Below are positions 1 through 8,909 of a stretch of DNA of 64,000 bases, in pieces (positions within the stretch are counted from its first letter, which is position 1; each line of letters begins with the position of its first letter). The notes beneath the pieces are model-generated. The model was not told the origin of the DNA and did not search any database. It was given only the letters and a program-made list of their open reading frames with translations. Made by a program: the position numbers and the translations under genes. Origin of the DNA: Planctomycetota bacterium (GTDB taxonomy: Bacteria > Planctomycetota > MHYJ01 > WSZJ01); the NCBI GenBank assembly GCA_038060895.1, contig JBBTCT010000024.1, positions 168,717 through 232,716 on the forward strand, in the 5' to 3' direction.

Positions 1-1
1 T

Positions 2-934
2 CGGGAATTTGCCGGACGAGACGAGGACGAAGCCCCAGCGGCGGCACTTGTCGCGAAGCACCTGGGCCTCGAACACCATGTCAGGGTAATAACGCGTGGA
101 GAATTTGACGCCGATCTTCCGCGCATTCTTGAGGCGATCGACCAACCGAGCATTGACGGGATCAACACCTGGTACGCCGCCAAGGCAGCCGCGGAACTGG
201 GGCTGAAAGTCGTGGTGTCTGGAATCGGAGGAGACGAACTCTTCCAGGGGTACTCCACGTTTCGAAAGCTCCCCCGCCTGGTCTCCACGTGGCGGAAGCT
301 TTCGCTAGTTCCTGGGGCCATGTCGGTAGCGCGCGCGGCAGCCGGGCTAAAGGCCAGGCGAAGCGGCAATCGGCGGTGGAGCCAACTGCCCGAAGGAGCG
401 CGGACGATCGCTGGCGCCTGGTGGCTCAGTCGGGGGCTGTTCAGCCCTGAGGAATTGACCGCTCTCATGGGAGATGATCTGGCGCACCAGGCGCTGCGCG
501 ACTTCAGCCCGGGGCGATGGGTCGAGGAGATGAGCGGGCCGCTTCCGGATGACCTACGGCTGGCCCTGGGACAGATAGAATCCACGACTTACCTGCGGAA
601 CCAGCTTCTGCGCGACAGCGACTGGGCGAGCATGGCTCACGGCGTCGAACTGCGCACTCCCCTGGTGGATACATGGCTTCTGCGAGAGCTACAGCCGCTT
701 CTTGCGAGCTTCGGGAGATTCCCGGGCAAGTCGCTGCTGGCCGGGTCGCCGTCCCGGGGTCTGCCCGTCGAGGTGCTGAAGCGCCCGAAGACGGGATTCG
801 GGATCCCGTTGGGGCGTTGGCTCGGAGGTGATGCGGTTACGAGGTCGCCGGGATCGGACAGCCGGGAGTGGTCCCGGCGAGTCGTGCGGGATTCCCTGAG
901 TGGTTTGTCCGGACGCAGGAATCCGGAAGCGTGA
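2..934 (+). CDS. asnB: Asparagine synthase-like amidotransferase, C-terminal part (5' truncated by window edge)
   Basis: Frame open from base 2; motifs SGIGGDELFQGY, YLRNQLLRDSDWASMAHGVELRTPLVD, RPKTGF typical of polysaccharide-locus AsnB. Confidence 0.85.
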   Translation, partial: REFAGRDEDEAPAAALVAKHLGLEHHVRVITRGEFDADLPRILEAIDQPSIDGINTWYAAKAAAELGLKVVVSGIGGDELFQGYSTFRKLPRLVSTWRKLSLVPGAMSVARAAAGLKARRSGNRRWSQLPEGARTIAGAWWLSRGLFSPEELTALMGDDLAHQALRDFSPGRWVEEMSGPLPDDLRLALGQIESTTYLRNQLLRDSDWASMAHGVELRTPLVDTWLLRELQPLLASFGRFPGKSLLAGSPSRGLPVEVLKRPKTGFGIPLGRWLGGDAVTRSPGSDSREWSRRVVRDSLSGLSGRRNPEA

Positions 935-944
935 GGGAAGGCTC

Positions 945-1823
945 ATGAGTGCTGAGGACAACCCTGGCGGAAAGCAGACCTGCGGCGAAGTGCCGCTGGC
1001 AGTGGTGCTGATTTCGCTGAACGAGGGTCACAACCTCGAGGGGGTCCTTGAGCACCTGGCAGGCTGGGCGCAGGAGATTTTCCTGGTCGACAGCTACAGC
1101 GAAGACGAGACCGTGGACATTGCTCTGAAGCACGGAGTGCACGTCGTTCAGCGGCGATTCCGCGACTTTGGCGACCAGTGGAACTTTGCCCTTCGCGAAC
1201 TTCCGATTACCGCTCCCTGGACGATGAAGCTGGACCCGGACGAGCGCCTGACGCCGGCGTTGAAAGCGTCGATCGCGGCGGCGATGAAATCGCCGGAGAC
1301 GGAGGGGATCCGCTTTAAGCGGCGGCTGTGGTTCATGGGCCGCCCGCTGCCGGCTAGGCAGTCGATCCTGAGGGCCTGGCGTACCGGGCGGTGCCGGTTC
1401 ACGGAAGTGACGGTGAATGAACAGCCTGTGGTGCAGGGCCGCGTCGTTGCCGTAAGTGGGGATCTAGAGCACCACGACAGCCCGGACTTGCACCACTGGT
1501 TTGAAAAACAAAACGCCTACACGACGGCCGAGGCCCGGGCTCAGTTCGAACGACGCGCGGCGAAGGGGCCCGTGCCGGGTACCTGGCAGCGGCGGTATTT
1601 CTGGTGGATCCCTGGCCGGTACTTCCTCATGTTCCTCTACCACCTGGTGCTATGCGGCGCGTGGAGGGCGGGCCGCGTCGGCTGGATCTGGGCGCGGCTG
1701 AGGACCGACCTGTATCGCGCCTGGGAATACAAGCTGCTTGAGATGCGCCTCCGCGGGCGTGGGCCCGCGGAGAGGCCGGCCCGGCGCGGTCAGCCGGATC
1801 CAAGGGTCAAGCAGTACGACTAG
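945..1823 (+). CDS. Glycosyltransferase family 2
   Basis: VVLISLNEGHNL, VDSYSEDET, DFGDQWNFAL, LDPDE motifs; ATG at 945. Confidence 0.85.
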   Translation: MSAEDNPGGKQTCGEVPLAVVLISLNEGHNLEGVLEHLAGWAQEIFLVDSYSEDETVDIALKHGVHVVQRRFRDFGDQWNFALRELPITAPWTMKLDPDERLTPALKASIAAAMKSPETEGIRFKRRLWFMGRPLPARQSILRAWRTGRCRFTEVTVNEQPVVQGRVVAVSGDLEHHDSPDLHHWFEKQNAYTTAEARAQFERRAAKGPVPGTWQRRYFWWIPGRYFLMFLYHLVLCGAWRAGRVGWIWARLRTDLYRAWEYKLLEMRLRGRGPAERPARRGQPDPRVKQYD

Positions 1824-1903
1824 CCGGGCCTTCGGGAGGCGCTAATCATCCGGGAACCTGTTCCGCAGGAAAAAGCCGCTACCAGGGCCACGGAGGCCGG
1901 CGC

Positions 1904-3070
1904 GTGCGTGTAATCCACATTGTTCCGGGTATCTCCGAAGAGGCCAGCGGGCCTTCTTACTCTGTGACCCGGCTTTGCCAGGCGCTGATCGAAGACGGTG
2001 ACGATGTCCGCCTGGCGACCCTGGCACTGGGACCCGTTCCCCCCGGGCTGCCGTTCGTGAAAACCTTCCCGCTGGGAGTCGGACCGCGAAGGCTCGGTCG
2101 TTCACCCGAAATGAAACGCTGGCTGGAGGATCAGGTTCTTTCCCGGAACGCGGACATCCTTCACAACCACGGGATGTGGCAGATGAATGCCGTGTACCCG
2201 GGGCGCCTGGCTCGGAAAGGAAACGTGCCCCTCGTGGTTTCTCCCCGTGGCGCGTTTTCGGAATGGGCCATGAAGCACGGATCTTCGGCAAAGCGAGTCT
2301 TCTGGCCGATGTTCCAGCGCCCCGCGGTCAAGGCGACCGCTCTCTTCCATGCCACCGCGGAATCCGAGTGCCGTGACATCCGGAAACTGGGGTTTCGGCA
2401 ACCGGTGGCCGTCATTCCCAATGGAATCGATGTGCCTGAATTCCTGCCGAAAGTCCCTCGCGAAATCCGGACGATGCTCTTCCTCGGCCGAATCCACCCG
2501 GTGAAGGGCCTGGACACATTGCTGCGCGCCTGGGCGGCAATCCAGGAACGCTTCCCGGACTGGAGATTGCTCATCGCCGGGAGCGACAGGGGGTATGAAG
2601 GCTCGACCGGGTATCTGGACGAGCTGCGAGCGCTGTCGAGGACGCTGCATCTGAAGCGCTTCGAGTTTGTCGGCGAACTCAACGGACCGGCGAAACTGCA
2701 GGCCTACCGGGATTCGGACCTTTTTGTTCTGCCGACCCATTCCGAGAATTTTGGCATAACCGTGGCGGAGGCGCTGTCCGCCGGGACGCCGGCACTTGTG
2801 ACGAAGGGCGCGCCCTGGGCCGACCTACCGCGAAGAGAGGCAGGCTGGTGGGTAGAGGACGGCCTCGATCCGCTCGTGGCAGGCGTCGAGACGGCGCTCG
2901 CAACACCGCCAGAACGGTTGGCGCGGATGGGCGGCATGGGAAGAGACTGGATGCTTGCCGAGCACGGCTGGAATTCCATCGCGGGAAGAATGCGGAAGAC
3001 GTATGAATGGCTATCGGGGTCCGAAGCACCGCCGCCTGAATGGGTTCGCATTGATGAACCGTTGAGGTAG
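1904..3070 (+). CDS. Glycosyltransferase family 4
   Basis: IPNGID, FLGRIHPVKG, SENFGITVAEAL motifs. Confidence 0.9.
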   Translation: MRVIHIVPGISEEASGPSYSVTRLCQALIEDGDDVRLATLALGPVPPGLPFVKTFPLGVGPRRLGRSPEMKRWLEDQVLSRNADILHNHGMWQMNAVYPGRLARKGNVPLVVSPRGAFSEWAMKHGSSAKRVFWPMFQRPAVKATALFHATAESECRDIRKLGFRQPVAVIPNGIDVPEFLPKVPREIRTMLFLGRIHPVKGLDTLLRAWAAIQERFPDWRLLIAGSDRGYEGSTGYLDELRALSRTLHLKRFEFVGELNGPAKLQAYRDSDLFVLPTHSENFGITVAEALSAGTPALVTKGAPWADLPRREAGWWVEDGLDPLVAGVETALATPPERLARMGGMGRDWMLAEHGWNSIAGRMRKTYEWLSGSEAPPPEWVRIDEPLR

Positions 3071-3076
3071 GTCAGC

Positions 3077-3769
3077 ATGAGTTGGCGTACAAACACAATC
3101 CTGGTGGCACTGCGGAGCGTCTCCCGGAAACTCGGCCTGAACCGGTGGATCGCATCGAAGTTCTCGGCCGGATACGAGGCCGCCTACGAAAGAGAGCTGT
3201 CGGCCGCAATCAAGGCCGGGGACTGCCTCTGGGACGTTGGCGCCAACGTGGGTTATTACACCCGGCTATTCGGGGAGCGCACCGGCACAGGAGGAAGGGT
3301 CTTCGCCTTCGAACCGAGCCCCGTCAACTTCTCTCGCCTTTCGGCGGCGTGCTCTGGGCAGGGCCATATCCGGCTTCTGCCGTGCGGACTCGGCAAACAG
3401 GACGGCACCTGTTCTTTCCAACAGGGCTCCGACGACCTGGGAGCGTCGAGCCGGGTCACCGGGAACAGTTCCGGAGGAACCGTGGTCCCGATCCGCGCTG
3501 GCGACAGTCTCGTGGCGGATGAATCGGCCACCGCCCCCGCCGTGATGAAGATCGACGTCGAGGGTCTGGAGCTGGAAGTCCTGAAGGGAATGCCGAAACT
3601 GCTGGCTGACCCGCGTCTTCGCGTGATAGGAATTGAAGTACACTTCGGCATCCTGGAAGGGATCGGCCAGGCGGGCGCTCCCCGGGAAATCGAGAACTTG
3701 CTCAGGGCCGCCGGGTTCCGGTTCACCTGGCCGGACACAAGCCACATCCTGGCGGTAAGGAAACCCTGA
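3077..3769 (+). CDS. FkbM-family methyltransferase
   Basis: WDVGANVGYY, FAFEPSP, MKIDVEGLE. Confidence 0.9.
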   Translation: MSWRTNTILVALRSVSRKLGLNRWIASKFSAGYEAAYERELSAAIKAGDCLWDVGANVGYYTRLFGERTGTGGRVFAFEPSPVNFSRLSAACSGQGHIRLLPCGLGKQDGTCSFQQGSDDLGASSRVTGNSSGGTVVPIRAGDSLVADESATAPAVMKIDVEGLELEVLKGMPKLLADPRLRVIGIEVHFGILEGIGQAGAPREIENLLRAAGFRFTWPDTSHILAVRKP

Positions 3770-4569
3770 TGAGGCGCGTCCAGCTCGAGAATACTGCGCT
3801 CCAGGTGTCGCGCCTCGGGTTCGGGACCGCCCAACTCCACCATGTTCACAGCCGGCCCCAGCGAATCCGTCTCCTTGAAGCGGCCTTTGACGCGGGATTT
3901 ACGCACTTCGACACTTCGCCCTACTACGGTTTTGGCATGGCCGAATCGGATCTGGGTCACCTCCTTCACGGACGGCGAGACCGGGTCACGGTGGCGACCA
4001 AAGTTGGGCTTTACGCGCCCGGCGACGGATCCTTCGGCTCTCCCGGGGTCTACGTGAGAAAAGCGCTCGGCAAGCTGGCGCCGCAACTCTCGGCACCTGT
4101 CGTTGACTGGAGCGTCCAGGCAGCGGAGCGAAGCCTGAACGAAAGCCTGAAGCGATTGCGCACCGACCATGTCGATGTTGTGTTCCTGCACGAGCCCGAG
4201 CCGGGCCTGGTTCCCGCGCAGGAATTCCTGGCCTGGCTCGAAAGAGAAAAGTCTAAGGGAAAGCTTCTGCACTGGGGTCTTGCGGGATTGAGGGACGCCT
4301 TGGACGGTTGGCTCACCTCCTGTCACCCGCTCGCCATGATCCTTCAATCACAGGACAGCCGAGATCGCAATGAGGCAGACCTCGTCCTGAAGCACGGGCG
4401 GAAGCTGCAGTTCACGTACGGATACCTCTCCGGGATTCCCTCGGCCGATCGCCCTGCCAAGGCAGAAGCAGCGCTTCGGTGGGCGCTTCAACGAAACACG
4501 GGCGGGGCTGTTCTTGTGTCGACTCGAAAGCGGGAACGCGTGGCCGGCCTTGCGGCGATCGCAGGATGA
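3769..4569 (+). CDS. Aldo/keto reductase
   Basis: SRLGFGT, FDTSPYYG, ATKVG, SLKRLRTDHVDVVFLH. Confidence 0.85.
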   Translation: MRRVQLENTALQVSRLGFGTAQLHHVHSRPQRIRLLEAAFDAGFTHFDTSPYYGFGMAESDLGHLLHGRRDRVTVATKVGLYAPGDGSFGSPGVYVRKALGKLAPQLSAPVVDWSVQAAERSLNESLKRLRTDHVDVVFLHEPEPGLVPAQEFLAWLEREKSKGKLLHWGLAGLRDALDGWLTSCHPLAMILQSQDSRDRNEADLVLKHGRKLQFTYGYLSGIPSADRPAKAEAALRWALQRNTGGAVLVSTRKRERVAGLAAIAG

Positions 4570-6164
4570 GCGCAGATCCAGCCATCGACCTGCTCACGAC
4601 GGGCAAGACGAAGCTCGAAGTGAAATGCAGCGTCGCCATTGTCGGCGCCGGGGCGGCCGGGATTTACCTGGGAGTCCAGTTGGCCTCCCGGGGAGTCGAG
4701 GTCGTCCTACTCGAGGCGGGCGGCCTCGTTTGTGGAACAGCGGCGGAAGTGGGGTTTGAGGCCCTGTTTCCGGGCGACACCTATCGGGGCGCGACGGAAG
4801 GCCGGGCCTTTGGCCTGGGCGGAACAACTTCACGCTGGGGTGGCTTGCTGATCCCGCATTCGAACGGAGACTCTCGCGACCCGAAGAACCTGAACCGGTC
4901 CGCGTGGCAGGAGATTCTCCGGGCGACCACCGAGAATTCGGACAGGGTCATGAAGACCCTGGGTTTCGCAGGGCCGCCGCGGTTTGTCGAATTTGCGATC
5001 GACAAGCTCGGCCTCGCAGGAACAGAACTGAATGCGGCAGGATTCGGTTCACAGGCGAGCCTCTTCCTTCCCGCGCGCCGCAAGAACCTGGCCTTCCTCC
5101 TCAAGGGAAAGTCTCCCTCCCGTTCCCGGCTACAGGTGTATACAAACGCCGTCTGCTGTTCGTGGAGAATCGAGGAAGGGAGCGAATCCGGCGGAACCGC
5201 GCTGGTGGAACTCGAAGCCAAGGCTTCGAACGGAAACCGGCTCGTCGTCACGGCGGGTCGGTTTGTCCTCGCAGCGGGAGCCATCGAGTGCGCGAGAATC
5301 CTGCTGGAAATGAATGCGACGGCGGCGCGACCCGTTGTAAGGCACTCCGCGGAAGTCGGTTGTTCCCTCTCCGATCACCTATCAGCCTCCATCGCGGACG
5401 TCGAGGAAACGGGCCTCGACACTGCGGTGAACCTCTTCGCCCCGCGCTTCAAAGGTAGCTGGATGCGCAGTTTCCGCCTCCTTGAGAAGGATTCGCCGGC
5501 ATCGGCTCCCCGGGCATTCGCTCATTTCATCTTCGAAAACACAGATCCGGGCTTCCTCCTCGCCAAGCAGGTGCTCGGTTCAATTCAGGCACGCCGTTGG
5601 CCCGCCGTTTCGGGCGCACAATTGGTGGCCGGCGTCGGCGGACTCATGTCCCTGGCGGGCGCGAGATACCTGCGCTCCCGGCTCCATGTGCCCCGTGGGA
5701 CACGGTCTCATCTGCAACTCGACATCGAACAGGAACCCTGCCTCGACAATCGCGTAGGACTGGCCGATGAGCGGGATAGATTCGGCCGCCAGCGCGCCGT
5801 GGTGAACTGGAAAATTCGCGCGAACGACACGGACAACATCCGGGCCACGGCCGACCGAATTCTGTCGAAGTGGCCCGGCACGAAGGCCGGCCTGCCCGGA
5901 TTGATCCCCAGGGGCATCGGCGATGCGTCGTCAAAGCCACACGATTCGTACCATCCGGTCGGGACCTGTCGCATGGGAAATGATCCCGGTGCGGTGGTGG
6001 ACTTCAACCTGAAAGCCTGGGGTGCCCGGAATCTGTGGGTCGTCAGCACAGGGGTGCTACCGAGCGCGGGAACGGCCAACCCGACATTTACGATGCTCTG
6101 CCTCGCCGAAACTCTCGCAGGGCACCTCCTGGGCGGCCGGGGAACGGAAGGACTTCGAACGTGA
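4566..6164 (+). CDS. GMC-family FAD oxidoreductase
   Basis: IVGAGAAG FAD motif, GLGGTTSRWGG, HPVGTCRMG, ANPTFT; ATG at 4566 overlaps upstream stop. Confidence 0.85.
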   Translation: MSADPAIDLLTTGKTKLEVKCSVAIVGAGAAGIYLGVQLASRGVEVVLLEAGGLVCGTAAEVGFEALFPGDTYRGATEGRAFGLGGTTSRWGGLLIPHSNGDSRDPKNLNRSAWQEILRATTENSDRVMKTLGFAGPPRFVEFAIDKLGLAGTELNAAGFGSQASLFLPARRKNLAFLLKGKSPSRSRLQVYTNAVCCSWRIEEGSESGGTALVELEAKASNGNRLVVTAGRFVLAAGAIECARILLEMNATAARPVVRHSAEVGCSLSDHLSASIADVEETGLDTAVNLFAPRFKGSWMRSFRLLEKDSPASAPRAFAHFIFENTDPGFLLAKQVLGSIQARRWPAVSGAQLVAGVGGLMSLAGARYLRSRLHVPRGTRSHLQLDIEQEPCLDNRVGLADERDRFGRQRAVVNWKIRANDTDNIRATADRILSKWPGTKAGLPGLIPRGIGDASSKPHDSYHPVGTCRMGNDPGAVVDFNLKAWGARNLWVVSTGVLPSAGTANPTFTMLCLAETLAGHLLGGRGTEGLRT

Positions 6165-6967
6165 CCGATCCGAAGAAACAAGTTCACGACTTCTGGAACG
6201 AGGCCTCCTGCGGGGAGCAGCTGCTCCTCGATGCCGCCGACAAGGCCGGGTACGTCGCTCAACTGGAAAAACGCTACGCTCTCGAGCCGTACATTGAGCC
6301 GTTCGCGAAATTCCCGGAGTGCAGGGACCGCGACGTCCTTGAGATCGGCATCGGTCTTGGCGCCGACCACCAGCGATTCGCACAGGCCGGAGCGCGGCTG
6401 ACCGGAATTGACCTGACGGAACGCGCGGTAGTACACACCCGGAAGAGGTTTGACCTGTTCGGCCTGAAATCGGAGCTGCGCGTCGGCGACGCCGAAGCAC
6501 TTCCCTTTCCTGATGGCACCTTCGATGTCGTGTACTCGTGGGGAGTTCTGCACCACAGCCCGAACACGGCGCGGGCCGTCGATGAAGCTCTGCGAGTCCT
6601 CAGGCCCGGGGGCAAAGCGCGCATCATGATCTACCACAAGCATTCGCTCGTCGGGACCATGCTCTGGCTGCGGTACGCGCTCCTGAGGGGAAATCCCTGG
6701 CGAAGCCTGAAGTCGATCTATTCGTCGCACCTCGAAAGCCCGGGGACGAAGGCCTACACGAAGCGCGAGGCGGGCGAACTCTTCCGGCAATTCTCCGGCG
6801 TGAAGATCTCAACGGTGCTCACCCACGGCGACCTGCTGGAATCCGGCGCGGGACAGCGACATCGGGGGTGTCTGCTGTCGCTCGCCAGAGTTCTTTGGCC
6901 GCGCCCGATTCTGCGTCTCCTGTTCCCGGGGCGCGGCCTGTTCATGCTGGTCGAGGCGACCAAGTGA
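6161..6967 (+). CDS. Class I SAM-dependent methyltransferase
   Basis: VLEIGIGLGAD, GDAEALPFPDGTFDVVYSWGVLHH; GTG at 6161 overlaps upstream TGA. Confidence 0.85.
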   Translation: MTDPKKQVHDFWNEASCGEQLLLDAADKAGYVAQLEKRYALEPYIEPFAKFPECRDRDVLEIGIGLGADHQRFAQAGARLTGIDLTERAVVHTRKRFDLFGLKSELRVGDAEALPFPDGTFDVVYSWGVLHHSPNTARAVDEALRVLRPGGKARIMIYHKHSLVGTMLWLRYALLRGNPWRSLKSIYSSHLESPGTKAYTKREAGELFRQFSGVKISTVLTHGDLLESGAGQRHRGCLLSLARVLWPRPILRLLFPGRGLFMLVEATK

Positions 6968-6983
6968 AGCGGGAGCAGCGCTG

Positions 6984-8894
6984 ATGTGCGGCATCTCCGG
7001 ATTCGTGGGCGCCCATGTACCCGGGCTGGGGCCGCGCATGAACGTGGCGCAGGCCCACCGCGGGCCGGACGGAAGCGGCGTTTTCGAGGATCCTCCCGCG
7101 GAAGTGCTTCTTGCGCACGTGAGGCTGGCTGTGCTGGATCTCACGTCGGCGGCCGCGCAACCCATGACCTCGGCCAGCGGCCGATTCGTGCTCGTCTACA
7201 ACGGCGAGATCTACAACTTCAGGGACCTGCGCGAGGAGCTCATCCGCGCGGCTGCGACTTTCCGGTCCGCTGGCGACACGGAGGTCCTGCTCGAGGGAGT
7301 CGCGCGACACGGCACTTCTTTCCTGGCACGACTGAACGGCATGTTCGCGTTCGCGCTCTGGGACCGGCAAGAGCGAGAGTTGCTGCTGGCCCGCGACCAG
7401 GTCGGCGTCAAACCGCTCTACTACGCGCAGCCGCAGCCAGGGACATTGCTGTTCGCGAGCGAGATCAAGGCGCTCTTCGCACACCATCAGGTTGCTCGCG
7501 AGCCGAACTTCGCGGCCCTTCAGGAGCACCTGGCGCGGGGGCACTCCAGCGGAACGCACACGGCCTTCACGGGAATCCAGCGGCTCGAGCCCGGCGCCTT
7601 CCTCAAATGGCACGCGTCCACGCGAACGATCGACGTGCAATCCTACTGGCGGCCATTCACCGCCCATTGCGAACAGTCGATGGACGAAGCCGCCGAGGCG
7701 CTTCGCGCAAAGTTCAAGGCGGCGACACGGCGACAGATGGTCTCGGATGTACCCGTCGGCTTGTTCCTGAGTGGCGGGCTGGACAGCAGCCTGGTCGCAG
7801 CCTGCGCGGCTTCCGAGACCGCGCTGCGCTCTTACACCATTACGTATCCACGAAGCGAAAACACGCTCGACCAGTTCGACGACGACGCGCCGTTTGCACA
7901 GGAGATGGCGGCAGCGCTGGGGCTGAAACACACCGAAATCGAGATCAAGCCCGAGGTCGCGTCGCTGCTCCCCCGCCTGCTCCGGCACTGCGACGAGCCG
8001 ATCGCCGACCCGGCGATCATTGCAGCGTTCCTGGTCAGCCAGCGCGCCCGTGAAGACGGCATGGTGGTCATGCTGTCGGGACAGGGGGCCGATGAATTGT
8101 TCGGAGGATATCCCCGGTACCGCGCCATCGCCGGGACCCAGTGGATGGAGGCTCTGCCAGGCGCGCTGAGACGCGGAATTGCGAGGGGCGCGGGGCTCCT
8201 GCCGGGCTCGCGCGAAGGCCGCGCCGGCGGGATGATGAGGCGCGGGAAACGTGTGCTGGCCGCGGCCGGAATGGACGCGCGCGAACGCTTCCTCGCGTAT
8301 TGTTCCTCGACTGCCGATGCGGACATCGGGCAGGTTCTCAGCGCTGAAGCACGGGCCACGCTGGCCGGGAGGCAGTCGATCGACACGGACCTCGCGCTCA
8401 TGGAGGCCAGCGGTCTGCCGCAGGACGATGCGTTCCTTTACCGCGACCTCATGGCATACCTTCCGAACCACAACCTGTTGTACACGGACAAGATGGGGAT
8501 GGCCGTCGGCATGGAAGCGCGGGTGCCGCTTCTCGATCTCGACCTCCTGGACACCGCGACGGGGTATCCCGCAAAGTGGAAGTTCAACAGCCGCGGGACG
8601 AAGCGGATCATGCGGCTGGCGGCGCGGGGGCTTGTGCCGGAGAAGATCATCCGCCGCCCCAAGGCGGGTTTTGGGGCGCCCTACCGCAAGTGGCTGCGCT
8701 ATGATCTTGGGACGCTCTGGAACGACGTGATGTCGGAAGCGTCGGTCAAGCGCCGCGGGTGGTTCGATTTCGCAGGGCTGAACGAGGCGCGGAAACGCAG
8801 CCAGGACGGCAGCGTGGACCTGTACATGTTGCAGTGGGCTGCGCTCGTGATCGAGCTGTGGGCGCGCGAGTTCATCGACCAGCGACAGGCGTAG
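6984..8894 (+). CDS. asnB: Asparagine synthase (glutamine-hydrolyzing)-type amidotransferase
   Basis: N-terminal MCGI (Ntn Cys), HRGPD, YNGEIYN, LSGGLDSS, SGQGADELFGGY. Confidence 0.92.
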   Translation: MCGISGFVGAHVPGLGPRMNVAQAHRGPDGSGVFEDPPAEVLLAHVRLAVLDLTSAAAQPMTSASGRFVLVYNGEIYNFRDLREELIRAAATFRSAGDTEVLLEGVARHGTSFLARLNGMFAFALWDRQERELLLARDQVGVKPLYYAQPQPGTLLFASEIKALFAHHQVAREPNFAALQEHLARGHSSGTHTAFTGIQRLEPGAFLKWHASTRTIDVQSYWRPFTAHCEQSMDEAAEALRAKFKAATRRQMVSDVPVGLFLSGGLDSSLVAACAASETALRSYTITYPRSENTLDQFDDDAPFAQEMAAALGLKHTEIEIKPEVASLLPRLLRHCDEPIADPAIIAAFLVSQRAREDGMVVMLSGQGADELFGGYPRYRAIAGTQWMEALPGALRRGIARGAGLLPGSREGRAGGMMRRGKRVLAAAGMDARERFLAYCSSTADADIGQVLSAEARATLAGRQSIDTDLALMEASGLPQDDAFLYRDLMAYLPNHNLLYTDKMGMAVGMEARVPLLDLDLLDTATGYPAKWKFNSRGTKRIMRLAARGLVPEKIIRRPKAGFGAPYRKWLRYDLGTLWNDVMSEASVKRRGWFDFAGLNEARKRSQDGSVDLYMLQWAALVIELWAREFIDQRQA

Positions 8895-8909
8895 CGGAAG
8901 CGGAGGCGA

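Noticed and set aside
6984-8894. AsnB as a second lasso cyclase
   Set aside because: Retains the N-terminal Cys and full glutaminase motifs; glycan-locus context, no precursor nearby
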